From: a virus
DNA: 64,000 nt
Strand: one strand, 5' to 3'
Virus record (IMG/VR): IMGVR_UViG_3300025082_000007
Span: 6,756-70,755 of that record
Part shown: one piece after another, positions 19,901 to 27,777 of the stretch
Numbering within the stretch: position 1 is the first letter of the stretch
How the letters are laid out: the number at the start of each line of letters is the position of its first letter
Made by a program: the position numbers and the translations under genes
Notes under the pieces: model-generated
Told to the model about the DNA's origin: nothing
Databases searched by the model: none
Seen by the model: the letters and a program-made list of their open reading frames with translations, nothing else

Positions 19901-20071
19901 CAGTTCGTCAACGAGGCCATCGAGCGCACACGTCGCGTCACCGGCCTCGACGCCAAGACCATCGTCCGCGATGGCATCATCAAGAGCAAGATACCCATCT
20001 ACGGCCTCGCCGGCATCGTCGCCGGGAAGGCTGCCTCGGATCAGATGGGCGGGGATGAGGGGCCGCTCTGA
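16940..20071 (+). CDS. Polyvalent protein: LPD23-like domain with HExxH zincin motif and C-terminal HhH-GPD-like (DUF7178-like) domain
   Basis: TGW...GG...FEISD; LLDHEELYELYPEL; LLHEIQHLIQ.IEG; AGEAMAR; DWY...AAT...VTIDEQ...YGLFEE...AAEAGVDP..FQ.IIW. Confidence 0.65.
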   Translation: MVYPDHILRQNPTMTGMPAEMLLSPVYPGEAPMQAPPGAVSSPAPLPSAAAAPSAASPDGPGASPPQLNQAGFDKMFGPKPQGLQPNPTVEKVKAQVAEQSEKIKGRRDALKTGGFRMPHTPTMAEQARQAIAAQPPPSRTDLGYPAAEVEAAAAQARQAAGITPAMMAQPVNPLASVPSPDALIERQMEGMQPGQSMFFNQHGQQYAPNATSVTAGGPSWRAENPWYDPKFDYLPFLGMYGVTRDLMEKVEAGQPAAVEKFVMAASLAGLPSLFRGLAPGKLGSALKTAGALPSTSPAPYGTKYAKALERLADDFVKDERGTLAGSKAVGANLPAMQRARGALAEGTDPKKVVKQTGWHEAPGGRMAFEISDKNAKLKPWPADIGNRRQARRRVKLSELLDHEELYELYPELKDIEVVSLGRSALGGVILPNAKTNWKPLVFVNAMDLVSRPKRVRTTLLHEIQHLIQGIEGWPRGTSTSIQADKFREAIESADDAVRAGAEAELSAQVRAIENANGFRFRELSVDQQGRVIDMAVNNVVIDRYNLSAGEAMARAVELRSNQAPATQAKKPFWEAYRSEGKPVDQKELIVEWDVPGELPSGEMRPWRMSLPAMLKEEPASMVPGPARSLMTAPVLVERKYAADLRAAAGVESLPTHMASTLAKPVTSMVPDGPVRAASMTDPPMPELGARYPEVGPAVERTNAGGGKYLGKGYSDEEEALKKIMPDIQDSIDAGDYRPYFDISKRADVDPKRYPLEGDTLKSRPAKDATIAKHMPKARNPEARKRILAAFERGKQLPGAADWYFMAQLEKEFIKELGAKAGREAFRKKFSVAMAATTGGADPRANFRMAMYGNWLDERGLPYPQATHEIPYPAGGKTVVGNYKQHRKAMEEMGFSWDKNSKRFNFQGAFEGHRKVTIDEQIGTELFGLKGAPSETHTYGLFEEVLREMAAEAGVDPRYFQEIIWAGAKALKDERKGKVVSSGKPMIQFVNEAIERTRRVTGLDAKTIVRDGIIKSKIPIYGLAGIVAGKAASDQMGGDEGPL

Positions 20072-23000
20072 TGCCCATGGAAGAAGGCCCCCTCATATCT
20101 GAATACCTCAGGGCACAGCACCCTGACCTTCAGCTACGCCTAAGCAAGGCCCTCCAGAACACGGCACAGCGCGGCGAGGAGCGCAGGGCAAAGACCTACC
20201 TCGGCTTCGGCCAGCCCAGCCTCGCAGCCATGGCAGCCGAGGCCGGTGCCGGCGGCGTTGTGGCTGGTACGGCTGGTGGCGCTGGCCTTGAGTTCCTCCC
20301 CGGCGCAGGCATCAACGACTACATTCAGAGGGGCCACAAATTCTGGGGTGAGGGCGCTGATGCCGCTGCGGCTGGCGATTATGGCAAGATGTCGAGCGAC
20401 TGGCTCCAGGGCCTCATGTCTGCCGGCGACGCCACCCTCGACGTGGCACCCCTCGCCATGGGTATGGCCGCACCCCTTGGCTACGCAGCCGTTGCCGGCG
20501 CGAGGCGCATCCCCAAAATGCTGCGTGGATTTGGCGACATGATGGCCGACACCTCAGGCTCCCTGAAGGGGACCGGCCCCGACGCCCCCAGGCGGTCGAT
20601 GCTCGATGAGTACGGCATCAACATCGATACGCCCGAGACCTATCGCCCCGCCTCCTACTCCCCCGCCGAGGTCTCTGTGGCCGAGATGCAGGGCAAGTAC
20701 GAGGAGGGCAACTTCGATATGACGCCGCCAGCCGTCCTCAAGCGCCTCAAGAACGCTGCCGGCGCGGAGCTGAAAGCTGCCGGCTACGATGACACCAGAA
20801 TGCTCGAAGCCCTCCAGGGCCTCATCCCAGAGGGCAGCAACAGCAAGCACATCAACCCCCTCAAGCTCGAAGACTTCATGGCGCAGAACATCTACGCGCC
20901 GTCACTGACGCGGGTCGAGGACGCCTCGATGACGAGCGGTGTAGGCCTTGAGGATGAAGCTGGTGATTATGAGCGGGTGTTCTGGGAGGCCAGTGATGAG
21001 CCGTGGGATGCTCGTGCGGCTCCGATGGGCTTGATGAATATGTCTGACGGTCAGGTCCGCGAGGTCGTATTCGATGCCTCGGAGTATTCCGAGATGACTG
21101 ATGACATCGACACCACCGGCAACATGATACACACGCGGGTTATTCAGACCATCGGCGACTTCAGCGACCCCGCCCATAACAAGGCCATTGCCGACGCCTT
21201 CGAGGCTGAGGCTGGGGTCACATCTGACCACCGTCAGGTCTCGATGATCTTCGGCCAGGACGTGGAGGCGGGCGCCATAGCCAGCCCCTTTGTCAGCCGT
21301 AGCGTTGACGGTCAGCCGGTCGATACATCCATGCTCCCTGAGGTGGACGCGGCCAGCCCCGTCAAGCAGATTGGTGCTGGCCCTGAGAACCAGTACACGC
21401 CCCTGATGCTCGCCCAGGTCAAGCCATCGGGTAGGCATGAGGCCGTCACCGCCTTTCGTGAAAACCCAAGCCAGGAGACGTTGCACGCCATGGAGCAGGC
21501 CTTCGGGTCGGAGAACTTCGACAGGCTCATCGAGCCTCACTCGACCTACAATACCTACGACACTGAGGGGAACCACGTTAATGAGTATGAGGGCGTTGAC
21601 GAGGCCACTGGTGCCAGCAACCGCAGCCGGGCGCTCGATGAGGCCCAGGATGTTCTCTCGGACAACATGCCGGCGGAACGGGTAACGGGCGAGATTGCAG
21701 GCGAGGGCGACGCTCCCCTCCCCCCAGGCGTAGGCACCGATGTCCACTGGAAGACCTACGCCCTCAAGGGAGGCGAACGCTACACGGAACTCAAGTTCCA
21801 GCTAGAGCCGGGGGCACCGCACGCGGGGAGGCGGACCTTCATCGAAGAGCCTGACATGACGGGCTGGAAGTTCAAGCCGACAGGAGATGGTCGGGTAGTG
21901 GCCTTCACACCACAAGGTCCGAATGCTGGTCTCTTTGAGACCATGGAGCAGGCCCAGGCCCAGGCCAGGGCGGTTCAGTTTGAGTTCCAGAACCGTCACA
22001 CCAAGCCCGGCACCTTCCGCTCCCCCCACTCCTACCCCACCAACACCACCTACACCATGAGGGGAGCAGAACACATCGATGAGCATGGCAACAAGGTCTG
22101 GAACATCGATGAGATACAGAATGACTGGGTGGCGAAGGGGGAGGATGAGGGGTTTGTTAATCCGGCCAGGGATGCCGCGCTGGTAAGGGTTGAAGACAGA
22201 CTGGGTGCGCTGAAAGTTGAGTACAGAAACCACAAGGATAGACTGTGGAAGGAGGTCACCGGCTTCAAGCAAACGGAAGCCAGGGGGCTCGGAAGAGGGG
22301 AGGGCGTCCCCTACGGTAAAATGGATGCCGCCGAGGAAAAGGTAATGGATTTGATGGAGACTGATCCTGCCTTCAATAAGGTTCTGGAAGAGCGGGCGAG
22401 CCTCATTGCGGCAAAGCTGGAGTTGAAGGATCAGGGTGGCACCGTCCCCCGCCCACCCAACATAGAGAACTGGCACAAGCAAGCCATGCAGCAAACCATC
22501 CGCTGGGCCACAGAGAACGGCTACGACCGGGTCACATGGACAACGGGCAAGCAGCAGATCGACCGATACGATGCGACCCTTCGGCAGAATGTGGATGAGA
22601 TCACATGGCGGACGGACCCGGCTTCGTATGGCGGCGCAGTCGGACCACGGATAGTAGTTCACGCCAACAAGGAAGGGCGCCAAGCTTACGCCGGTCTCTT
22701 CGACGTGGACGGCATGTCTCAGGATGAGTTTATTCTTACTCAAGGCGGCGAGCGCAAGAAGCATCACCTCTCGAAGCTCATCGGCAAAGAGCAGGCCGAC
22801 CAGATACTCACGGGCGGCAGTGGCACCATCTCGGGCGACGATCTCACCGTGGGCGGTCGAGGTATGATCGCCTTCTACGATGACAAGATGGTCAACACCA
22901 TGCGGAAGCTTGCCAAGCAATTCGGCGGGACCGTGGGCAAGACCAAGATAGACACCGGCCCCGATGGCATGCAGGAGGTCTGGACTATGGACCTCACACC

Positions 23001-23109
23001 GAAGATGAAGGAGAAGTCGGCCATGGGCTGGGCACGCTACGCTGTCCCACTCGCGGCCACTGCCGGCGCCGCAGCCGCGACCCAGCGAGAAGACCGCCCC
23101 GGCATCTAG
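20071..23109 (+). CDS. Large polyvalent/ejected protein
   Basis: 1012 aa; Y.LKGGERYTE, IDEIQNDW, RWATENGYDRV.WTTG, GMIAFYD motifs seen in large phage polyvalent proteins; hydrophobic N- and C-terminal segments. Confidence 0.6.
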   Translation: MPMEEGPLISEYLRAQHPDLQLRLSKALQNTAQRGEERRAKTYLGFGQPSLAAMAAEAGAGGVVAGTAGGAGLEFLPGAGINDYIQRGHKFWGEGADAAAAGDYGKMSSDWLQGLMSAGDATLDVAPLAMGMAAPLGYAAVAGARRIPKMLRGFGDMMADTSGSLKGTGPDAPRRSMLDEYGINIDTPETYRPASYSPAEVSVAEMQGKYEEGNFDMTPPAVLKRLKNAAGAELKAAGYDDTRMLEALQGLIPEGSNSKHINPLKLEDFMAQNIYAPSLTRVEDASMTSGVGLEDEAGDYERVFWEASDEPWDARAAPMGLMNMSDGQVREVVFDASEYSEMTDDIDTTGNMIHTRVIQTIGDFSDPAHNKAIADAFEAEAGVTSDHRQVSMIFGQDVEAGAIASPFVSRSVDGQPVDTSMLPEVDAASPVKQIGAGPENQYTPLMLAQVKPSGRHEAVTAFRENPSQETLHAMEQAFGSENFDRLIEPHSTYNTYDTEGNHVNEYEGVDEATGASNRSRALDEAQDVLSDNMPAERVTGEIAGEGDAPLPPGVGTDVHWKTYALKGGERYTELKFQLEPGAPHAGRRTFIEEPDMTGWKFKPTGDGRVVAFTPQGPNAGLFETMEQAQAQARAVQFEFQNRHTKPGTFRSPHSYPTNTTYTMRGAEHIDEHGNKVWNIDEIQNDWVAKGEDEGFVNPARDAALVRVEDRLGALKVEYRNHKDRLWKEVTGFKQTEARGLGRGEGVPYGKMDAAEEKVMDLMETDPAFNKVLEERASLIAAKLELKDQGGTVPRPPNIENWHKQAMQQTIRWATENGYDRVTWTTGKQQIDRYDATLRQNVDEITWRTDPASYGGAVGPRIVVHANKEGRQAYAGLFDVDGMSQDEFILTQGGERKKHHLSKLIGKEQADQILTGGSGTISGDDLTVGGRGMIAFYDDKMVNTMRKLAKQFGGTVGKTKIDTGPDGMQEVWTMDLTPKMKEKSAMGWARYAVPLAATAGAAAATQREDRPGI

Positions 23110-23111
23110 CC

Positions 23112-23140
23112 TTGACCCCAGCGCGCAGGGATGCTACGAA
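23112..23140 (+). promoter_or_regulatory. Putative sigma70 promoter for scaffold gene
   Basis: TTGACC-17 bp-TACGAA. Confidence 0.5.
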
Positions 23141-23190
23141 AAGGTAGAGTGACATACGTCCTCCCAGACGTATTGCCTCCCTGTTGAACT

Positions 23191-23219
23191 ACCCCTGCCT
23201 CGCGGCGGGGGTTTTTTTT
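23191..23219 (+). terminator. Intrinsic terminator immediately upstream of scaffold RBS
   Basis: cccctgcc-tcgc-ggcggggg then T8. Confidence 0.8.
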
Positions 23220-23230
23220 GGAGAAGAGAG

Positions 23231-24313
23231 ATGGCGAAGAAGCCTACCGAGAACCAAGAGCCGGCTGCCCCAAGCATCATCGATGAGCTTGCGCCCGTCG
23301 ATGAGGAAACACAGAAGTATTTCGATGCCGGCGGTGAGGTGGACGAGGACGTTCTCGCCCAGGCCACCCAAGGCGAAGCACCAGAGGTGCCGGCGGAAGA
23401 GCCCACCGCTGAGGAGCCTGAGCTTCCCGCAGAAGAGCCCCCTTCAGAGCCGGCAGCGGAAGCCGAGGAAGAGCCTGCGGCTGCTGAGGCCGAAGCTGAA
23501 GCCGAGGAACCCACCGATGCGCCGAAACGTCAGGTGCCTCTGGCGGAGCTTCTGGAAGAGCGCAAGGCTCGACAAGAGGCCCAGAAGGACGCCCAGGATG
23601 TCAAGGAGCGCATGGCTCGAATGGAGGGCTCGTTCGCCACCATTATGGACGGTCTCAAGCCTCAGGCAGACCCCGAGGTGCCCGAGGTCGAGCCGGAACC
23701 CGACTACGAGGAAGACCCGGCGCAGTGGCTTCGATGGAGCCAGGAGCAGACGGCTGCCAAGGTCGATGCCCTGACAACGAAACAGTGGGAGGGTGAGCAG
23801 CGTGGCGCCCAGGCCGGGCAGCAGCAGGAGTTCTACAACGCCATCCAGAACGCGGAGCAGACCTACACCATCGAGCATCCCGACTACCCCCAGGCCCTGG
23901 CCCACATCCAGAGCTTCCGCATGGGTCAGTTCATGGCCATGGGGATGCCTCAGGAACAGGCCCAGCAGGCGCTCCTCGGGGACACGCTCTTCACCGCCGA
24001 CAATGCCTTTCGTGCTGGCAAAAACCCCGCCGGTGTGATGTACGAAATGGCCAAGATGGTTGGCTATGTTCCAGGTGGTGCCCCACCGGCAGAACAGATG
24101 CCGGAACCTGCTGCGGCTGTCGAGGAGTCGGCAGCAGAGACCGCCGAGACCCAGGTCGAGCGTCTTCAGAAGGGTGCCGAGGCATCATCGGCCATGGCTG
24201 GGGGTGGCGGCGCCGAGGTTGACAACGTCACCCTGGAGAGCCTTTCCATGCTCGAAGGAGAGGAGTTCGATCAAGCATGGGAGAGGGCGAGGAAGCAGGG
24301 GTTGTTGGGCTAG
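23231..24313 (+). CDS. Capsid scaffolding protein
   Basis: Acidic N-terminus, VPLAELLEERKARQ coiled-coil motif, PDY..A, C-terminal helix; position upstream of MCP. Confidence 0.8.
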   Translation: MAKKPTENQEPAAPSIIDELAPVDEETQKYFDAGGEVDEDVLAQATQGEAPEVPAEEPTAEEPELPAEEPPSEPAAEAEEEPAAAEAEAEAEEPTDAPKRQVPLAELLEERKARQEAQKDAQDVKERMARMEGSFATIMDGLKPQADPEVPEVEPEPDYEEDPAQWLRWSQEQTAAKVDALTTKQWEGEQRGAQAGQQQEFYNAIQNAEQTYTIEHPDYPQALAHIQSFRMGQFMAMGMPQEQAQQALLGDTLFTADNAFRAGKNPAGVMYEMAKMVGYVPGGAPPAEQMPEPAAAVEESAAETAETQVERLQKGAEASSAMAGGGGAEVDNVTLESLSMLEGEEFDQAWERARKQGLLG

Positions 24314-24370
24314 TCGGCGTAGACCACCCGCCACTCACGGATGGCGGTCGACTTTGTACATGGTCATCTC

Positions 24371-24646
24371 CTAGATGTATTTGGTGGTGAAAGAAACGTA
24401 GCCGTTCCCCTCCATGATCTCGTGGCACTGGCGTGTGGTGTCTTCGTTGCGGAGATCGAAGTCTCCGTTGACGTGGCAAAGGCCCCAGGCCTCGATGAGC
24501 TTGAAGACGGCCCCGCCCAGCGACTGCTGGAGGGTCCGATGGTCGCGCATCACGACGGCGACGAACTCATCGGCGTTGAAATCCATCCGGTTGACGGCGT
24601 TCAACAGGTCGGTCGCGGCTTGTTCTGAGTGGGTCAGGTCGGGCAT
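24371..24646 (-). CDS. Hypothetical protein
   Basis: HRTLQQS and DLRNE motifs; codon usage. Confidence 0.65.
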   Translation of the reverse strand: MPDLTHSEQAATDLLNAVNRMDFNADEFVAVVMRDHRTLQQSLGGAVFKLIEAWGLCHVNGDFDLRNEDTTRQCHEIMEGNGYVSFTTKYI

Positions 24647-24647
24647 C

Positions 24648-24989
24648 TCACACCGCCCTGTAGGTGCGCCGAGAGACGCGGTTGACTTTGTCCTTCTCGA
24701 TCAACCGCTTCAGGGCCAACTTGGTCACATTCTTGTGCAGGTTGGCAGTCGCGGAAATGATCCCCAGGCGACCGGACTTCGCCGGCAAGCACGTCAGGGC
24801 ATCGAGGGTCAGTTTGTCGGTCACGTTCTGGACCGCCTCACGCTGGGCCACAGAGGACGTGCCGGTCTTCTTCCAGCGGCTCTGGACCTTCCGGTCACGG
24901 GGCACCGGCTCACCCCTCGGGATGTAGTCGGGGCTGGTGCGTTTCAGGAACGAGGGGATCTCGCTCGCTTCGAGGTCATCGGTGTGCAT
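24648..24989 (-). CDS. Protein with N-terminal FtsZ C-tail-like peptide and C-terminal wHTH-like region
   Basis: DDLEASEIPSFLKR; ISATANLHKNVTKLALKRLIEKDKV. Confidence 0.6.
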   Translation of the reverse strand: MHTDDLEASEIPSFLKRTSPDYIPRGEPVPRDRKVQSRWKKTGTSSVAQREAVQNVTDKLTLDALTCLPAKSGRLGIISATANLHKNVTKLALKRLIEKDKVNRVSRRTYRAV

Positions 24990-25234
24990 TACAGGTTCCT
25001 CAGGAATTTGCGGGCATAGGCCACGGTGGCGAAGCCCTTGACGTGGGAAAATTTGATGCCGAGTTTGGCGGCTGTCGAGCCAGGGGACGGCGCGAACTGG
25101 TGCCCCGGCAGACTGAGCATCCAGCCTTGGGGCGTCTTCCGCATGGCTCCGACGCGCCTGCCGGCGTCATCGAGGACGTTGTAGGCGCGGGCGCTGCGGG
25201 CGCCGGGGCGGATGGGGTCCAGGGCGAAGGTCAT
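24989..25234 (-). CDS. Hypothetical protein (paralog of 25862-26137)
   Basis: Y.VL..AG.RVG..RK...W.L.....F.P..GS.A...GI....VKGF.T.A..R.FLR shared. Confidence 0.7.
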   Translation of the reverse strand: MTFALDPIRPGARSARAYNVLDDAGRRVGAMRKTPQGWMLSLPGHQFAPSPGSTAAKLGIKFSHVKGFATVAYARKFLRNL

Positions 25235-25458
25235 GCGACTAGCTCCTCTTCGATGTCCCAGGCGCCTTCGCGGCTCTCGATGCCGGCGACCTGAAAGGTG
25301 CGGCCCTGGAGCTTCACGGTGCCAACCAGCAGGGCGCCCATCTCATCGGCCTCGACGTTGGAGATGGTCCGCTTGGCCCACTCCCCTTTGATCCGCAGGC
25401 CCAGGCGATGCTGGAGGGTGCAGTTGATGTCGATGGTCTGGTTGGCGATGGTGGTCAT
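25231..25458 (-). CDS. Hypothetical protein
   Basis: RBS gagagg, ATGA overlap with the next gene. Confidence 0.65.
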   Translation of the reverse strand: MTTIANQTIDINCTLQHRLGLRIKGEWAKRTISNVEADEMGALLVGTVKLQGRTFQVAGIESREGAWDIEEELVA

Positions 25459-25468
25459 GTTGGCCTCT

Positions 25469-25687
25469 CTACTTGATCAAGGCGTTGCGGGCGGTGGCGC
25501 TTTTCTCGGCAGCGGCCAGGGCCTCTTCACGGGTGGTGAAGGTGGCGCGGTGCCGGCGGTCGGCTGAGAGGCCTACCTTGTGGCGCTGCTTGGTGGTGAC
25601 GCCGTTGACGGTCTTGGCATCGACCAGAATGGCGATGAACCCGAAGTGGCCGGCGCTCTCGGTGGAGGCTGAAAAAGTGCGGATCAT
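25469..25687 (-). CDS. Hypothetical protein
   Basis: RBS aggag; downstream of operator/promoter. Confidence 0.65.
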   Translation of the reverse strand: MIRTFSASTESAGHFGFIAILVDAKTVNGVTTKQRHKVGLSADRRHRATFTTREEALAAAEKSATARNALIK

Positions 25688-25724
25688 AACGGTCTCCTGA
25701 AGGGGCTGCGCTGTCTCTGTCTAG

Positions 25725-25753
25725 TATGTAGCAACGATGCGACACCTTTTCAA
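25725..25753 (-). promoter_or_regulatory. Promoter with 18-bp operator
   Basis: Minus strand TTGAAA-17 bp-TACATA; TGTAGCAACGATGCGACA at 25727-25744. Confidence 0.75.
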
Positions 25754-25861
25754 GTGCCGCATCGCTCTTTTTTTACGCTGCCAGTGCTTTTTCTTCCTGA
25801 AGCCCGTCGAGGTAGTCAGCAGCCGATCCTTCGGTGGGGCGAAACATCTTGCCGGGCATTC

Positions 25862-26137
25862 TCATTTTGAGGGTGCAAAGTCAGGGTCGCGCAAGAAGAC
25901 GCGAACGGCGGCGAGGGTCTTGAAGCCTTTGACAGGGGCGTTGGTGATGCCGGCCCAGTCGGCCATGGAGCCTTTGGTGGGGATGAATTGCTTCTGCATT
26001 ATCGCCAGCACCCAAGAGGTGCGGCGCTTCCTCACCACGCCCACTCGCTCGCCGGCATTGTTGAGGACGCTGTAGCACCAAGAGCGGCGACCTCGGAGGG
26101 TCTGCTTGCTAATGGCGTTCTCCAGGGTGTAGCTCAC
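25862..26137 (-). CDS. Hypothetical protein (paralog of 24989-25234)
   Basis: GTG start with GTGA overlap and RBS gaggaggg; shared motifs. Confidence 0.65.
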   Translation of the reverse strand: MSYTLENAISKQTLRGRRSWCYSVLNNAGERVGVVRKRRTSWVLAIMQKQFIPTKGSMADWAGITNAPVKGFKTLAAVRVFLRDPDFAPSK

Positions 26138-26328
26138 ACTCCCCTCCTCTTCTGAAGCTCGACCACATACGCATCCCACTCAGCATAGAGCTTGCGCTGG
26201 TACGGATGCTCTGCCGGCTCATCTCTCCAGAGCGGCAGGGTCTCGCGGATGTCATCGAGGGCGAAGATCAGGGAGTGCGTGTCCATGGTCTTCGCCTTCT
26301 CCTCGTAAGTGGCCAGGAGGGAGGTCAT
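26134..26328 (-). CDS. Hypothetical protein
   Basis: RBS gagg, ATGA overlap. Confidence 0.6.
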   Translation of the reverse strand: MTSLLATYEEKAKTMDTHSLIFALDDIRETLPLWRDEPAEHPYQRKLYAEWDAYVVELQKRRGV

Positions 26329-26540
26329 GCGTCCATCCTCTCGACCTCGGCATTCGGGAAGCGCCTCTCGACGGCCTTCACGATGTTCTCGTAAGGGCGG
26401 GCGCTGCGGCTTCTGCCGGCACCACTGGGAAGCTGGCTGATGAACAGGCAGCCATCGTGGATGGGGTAATAGACGATCCCGCCGATGGTCATTCCGTTGA
26501 TGCTGACCTTGGCGAGGGTGGTGGGCTTACGGTCGGTCAT
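26325..26540 (-). CDS. Hypothetical protein
   Basis: RBS ggag before MTDRKPTT. Confidence 0.6.
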   Translation of the reverse strand: MTDRKPTTLAKVSINGMTIGGIVYYPIHDGCLFISQLPSGAGRSRSARPYENIVKAVERRFPNAEVERMDA

Positions 26541-26578
26541 GATGGTCTCCAAAAGGGGTGGGCGCTGTCTCTGTCTAA

Positions 26579-26607
26579 GATGTAGCATCGATGCTACAGC
26601 TTTTCAA
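26579..26607 (-). promoter_or_regulatory. Promoter with perfectly palindromic 18-bp operator
   Basis: TGTAGCATCGATGCTACA at 26581-26598; TTGAAA -35 on minus strand. Confidence 0.8.
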
Positions 26608-26626
26608 GGGGCAGCACCCACTTTTT

Positions 26627-27496
26627 TTATGCGGCCTTTTCGAGCGTCTCTTGCAGCCCGTCGAGGTAGTCAGCAGCCTTCTGGGCAGCAGCAGCGGCGC
26701 GGAAGATGGCCTTCTTGTCGCCCTTCAGGACTTCGAGCCAGGAGGCGAGGTAGGAGGCGTGGTCCTCGCGGGGCTCGATCTCGATGCCCAGCGTGGCGGA
26801 GAGGAAGGAAGCGGTGATCTCAGCCACCAACTCCTCCTTGGCGTAGTCAGGGTCACCCTTGGCAGCGCCGAAGAGCCGGTCGAGGCGTTTTTTGGCGCCG
26901 GTCCAGTGGGCCAACTCGTGCAGGGTGGTGCCGTAGTAGGAGACGGCATCCTCGAACTGATCGAACTCAGGGAGTTGGATCTCATCCGTCGAGGGGCGGT
27001 AGTAGGCCCGGTCGCCACCGTGTTGGATGACGGCCTGGGTGTTGGTGACATAGGCCTCGATGTCATCCAGGCGGGCGTCGCCGTTCTGGCTCTCGGCAGC
27101 CTCAGGATAGAAGCGTGCCGGCAGCCCCTCGATCTGCTCGACGTTGAAGACCGAGTAGAAGCGCAGCAGCGGGATCTGCTTGGCCTCTTCCTCGCCGGCA
27201 TCGTTGGTCTCGGTGATGCGAAGCTGTTTGAAGAAGACGACCATCGAGCCCTTCTCGCCCTTCTTGACCTGACCGCCAAGCTTCTTGGCCTGATTGTAGG
27301 TCATCCAGGTCGGGGCGGAGCGGCCCTGGAGCCACAGCAGCAGGACGTTGATGCCGTTGTAGCGTTGGCCGTTGAAGCGGACTGGTAGTCCGCCGAAGCC
27401 GCTGACTGACCAGGGGCGCTGCCAGGGAGCCGCACCGGCTTCGAGGGAGGCGATAATCTGGTCGGTGACTTTCTGGTAGGCATCGATCTTGGGCAT
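26627..27496 (-). CDS. ardC: ArdC-family antirestriction protein (ssDNA-binding + zincin domain)
   Basis: YQKVTDQIIASLEAG..PW.RPW; YNGINVLLLW; WMTYNQAKKLGGQVKKGEKG; VFNVEQIEG; LHELAHWTG; YAKEELVAE; HASYLASWL. Confidence 0.93.
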   Translation of the reverse strand: MPKIDAYQKVTDQIIASLEAGAAPWQRPWSVSGFGGLPVRFNGQRYNGINVLLLWLQGRSAPTWMTYNQAKKLGGQVKKGEKGSMVVFFKQLRITETNDAGEEEAKQIPLLRFYSVFNVEQIEGLPARFYPEAAESQNGDARLDDIEAYVTNTQAVIQHGGDRAYYRPSTDEIQLPEFDQFEDAVSYYGTTLHELAHWTGAKKRLDRLFGAAKGDPDYAKEELVAEITASFLSATLGIEIEPREDHASYLASWLEVLKGDKKAIFRAAAAAQKAADYLDGLQETLEKAA

Positions 27497-27530
27497 CACT
27501 GTCTCCGGGTTCGAGTGCGTGTCTGGTTGG

Positions 27531-27559
27531 TATGTAGCAACGATGCGACACGAGTTCAA
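27531..27559 (-). promoter_or_regulatory. ardC promoter with 18-bp operator
   Basis: TTGAAC-17 bp-TACATA; TGTAGCAACGATGCGACA at 27533-27550. Confidence 0.75.
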
Positions 27560-27777
27560 GCTTTTTCTTTCATCTCCATGCGCTGGCGAAAGGTCTGGGC
27601 CTCCCAGTGGTCTTCGTGTTTCGTGCAGTAGCGCATCATCTTGACATCGAAGGCCGTCACAGCATCGTGCCGGCAAGGGCGGGCACGGTTGCCATTTGAG
27701 TTGGTGACTACGGCGCAGCAGCCGCCATGCTCTGCGCGAGCGCGACGGGCGGCGTAGAGGGCGAGGCCACGGCGCAT
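27556..27777 (-). CDS. Small Cys-rich hypothetical protein
   Basis: CC...C...YCTKH; TGATG overlap. Confidence 0.5.
   Translation of the reverse strand: MRRGLALYAARRARAEHGGCCAVVTNSNGNRARPCRHDAVTAFDVKMMRYCTKHEDHWEAQTFRQRMEMKEKA

Noticed and set aside
26627-27676. 349-aa ArdC with N-terminal extension
   Set aside because: The extension runs through the promoter/operator and the upstream gene; the likely start is the ATG at 27496 with a GGAG RBS
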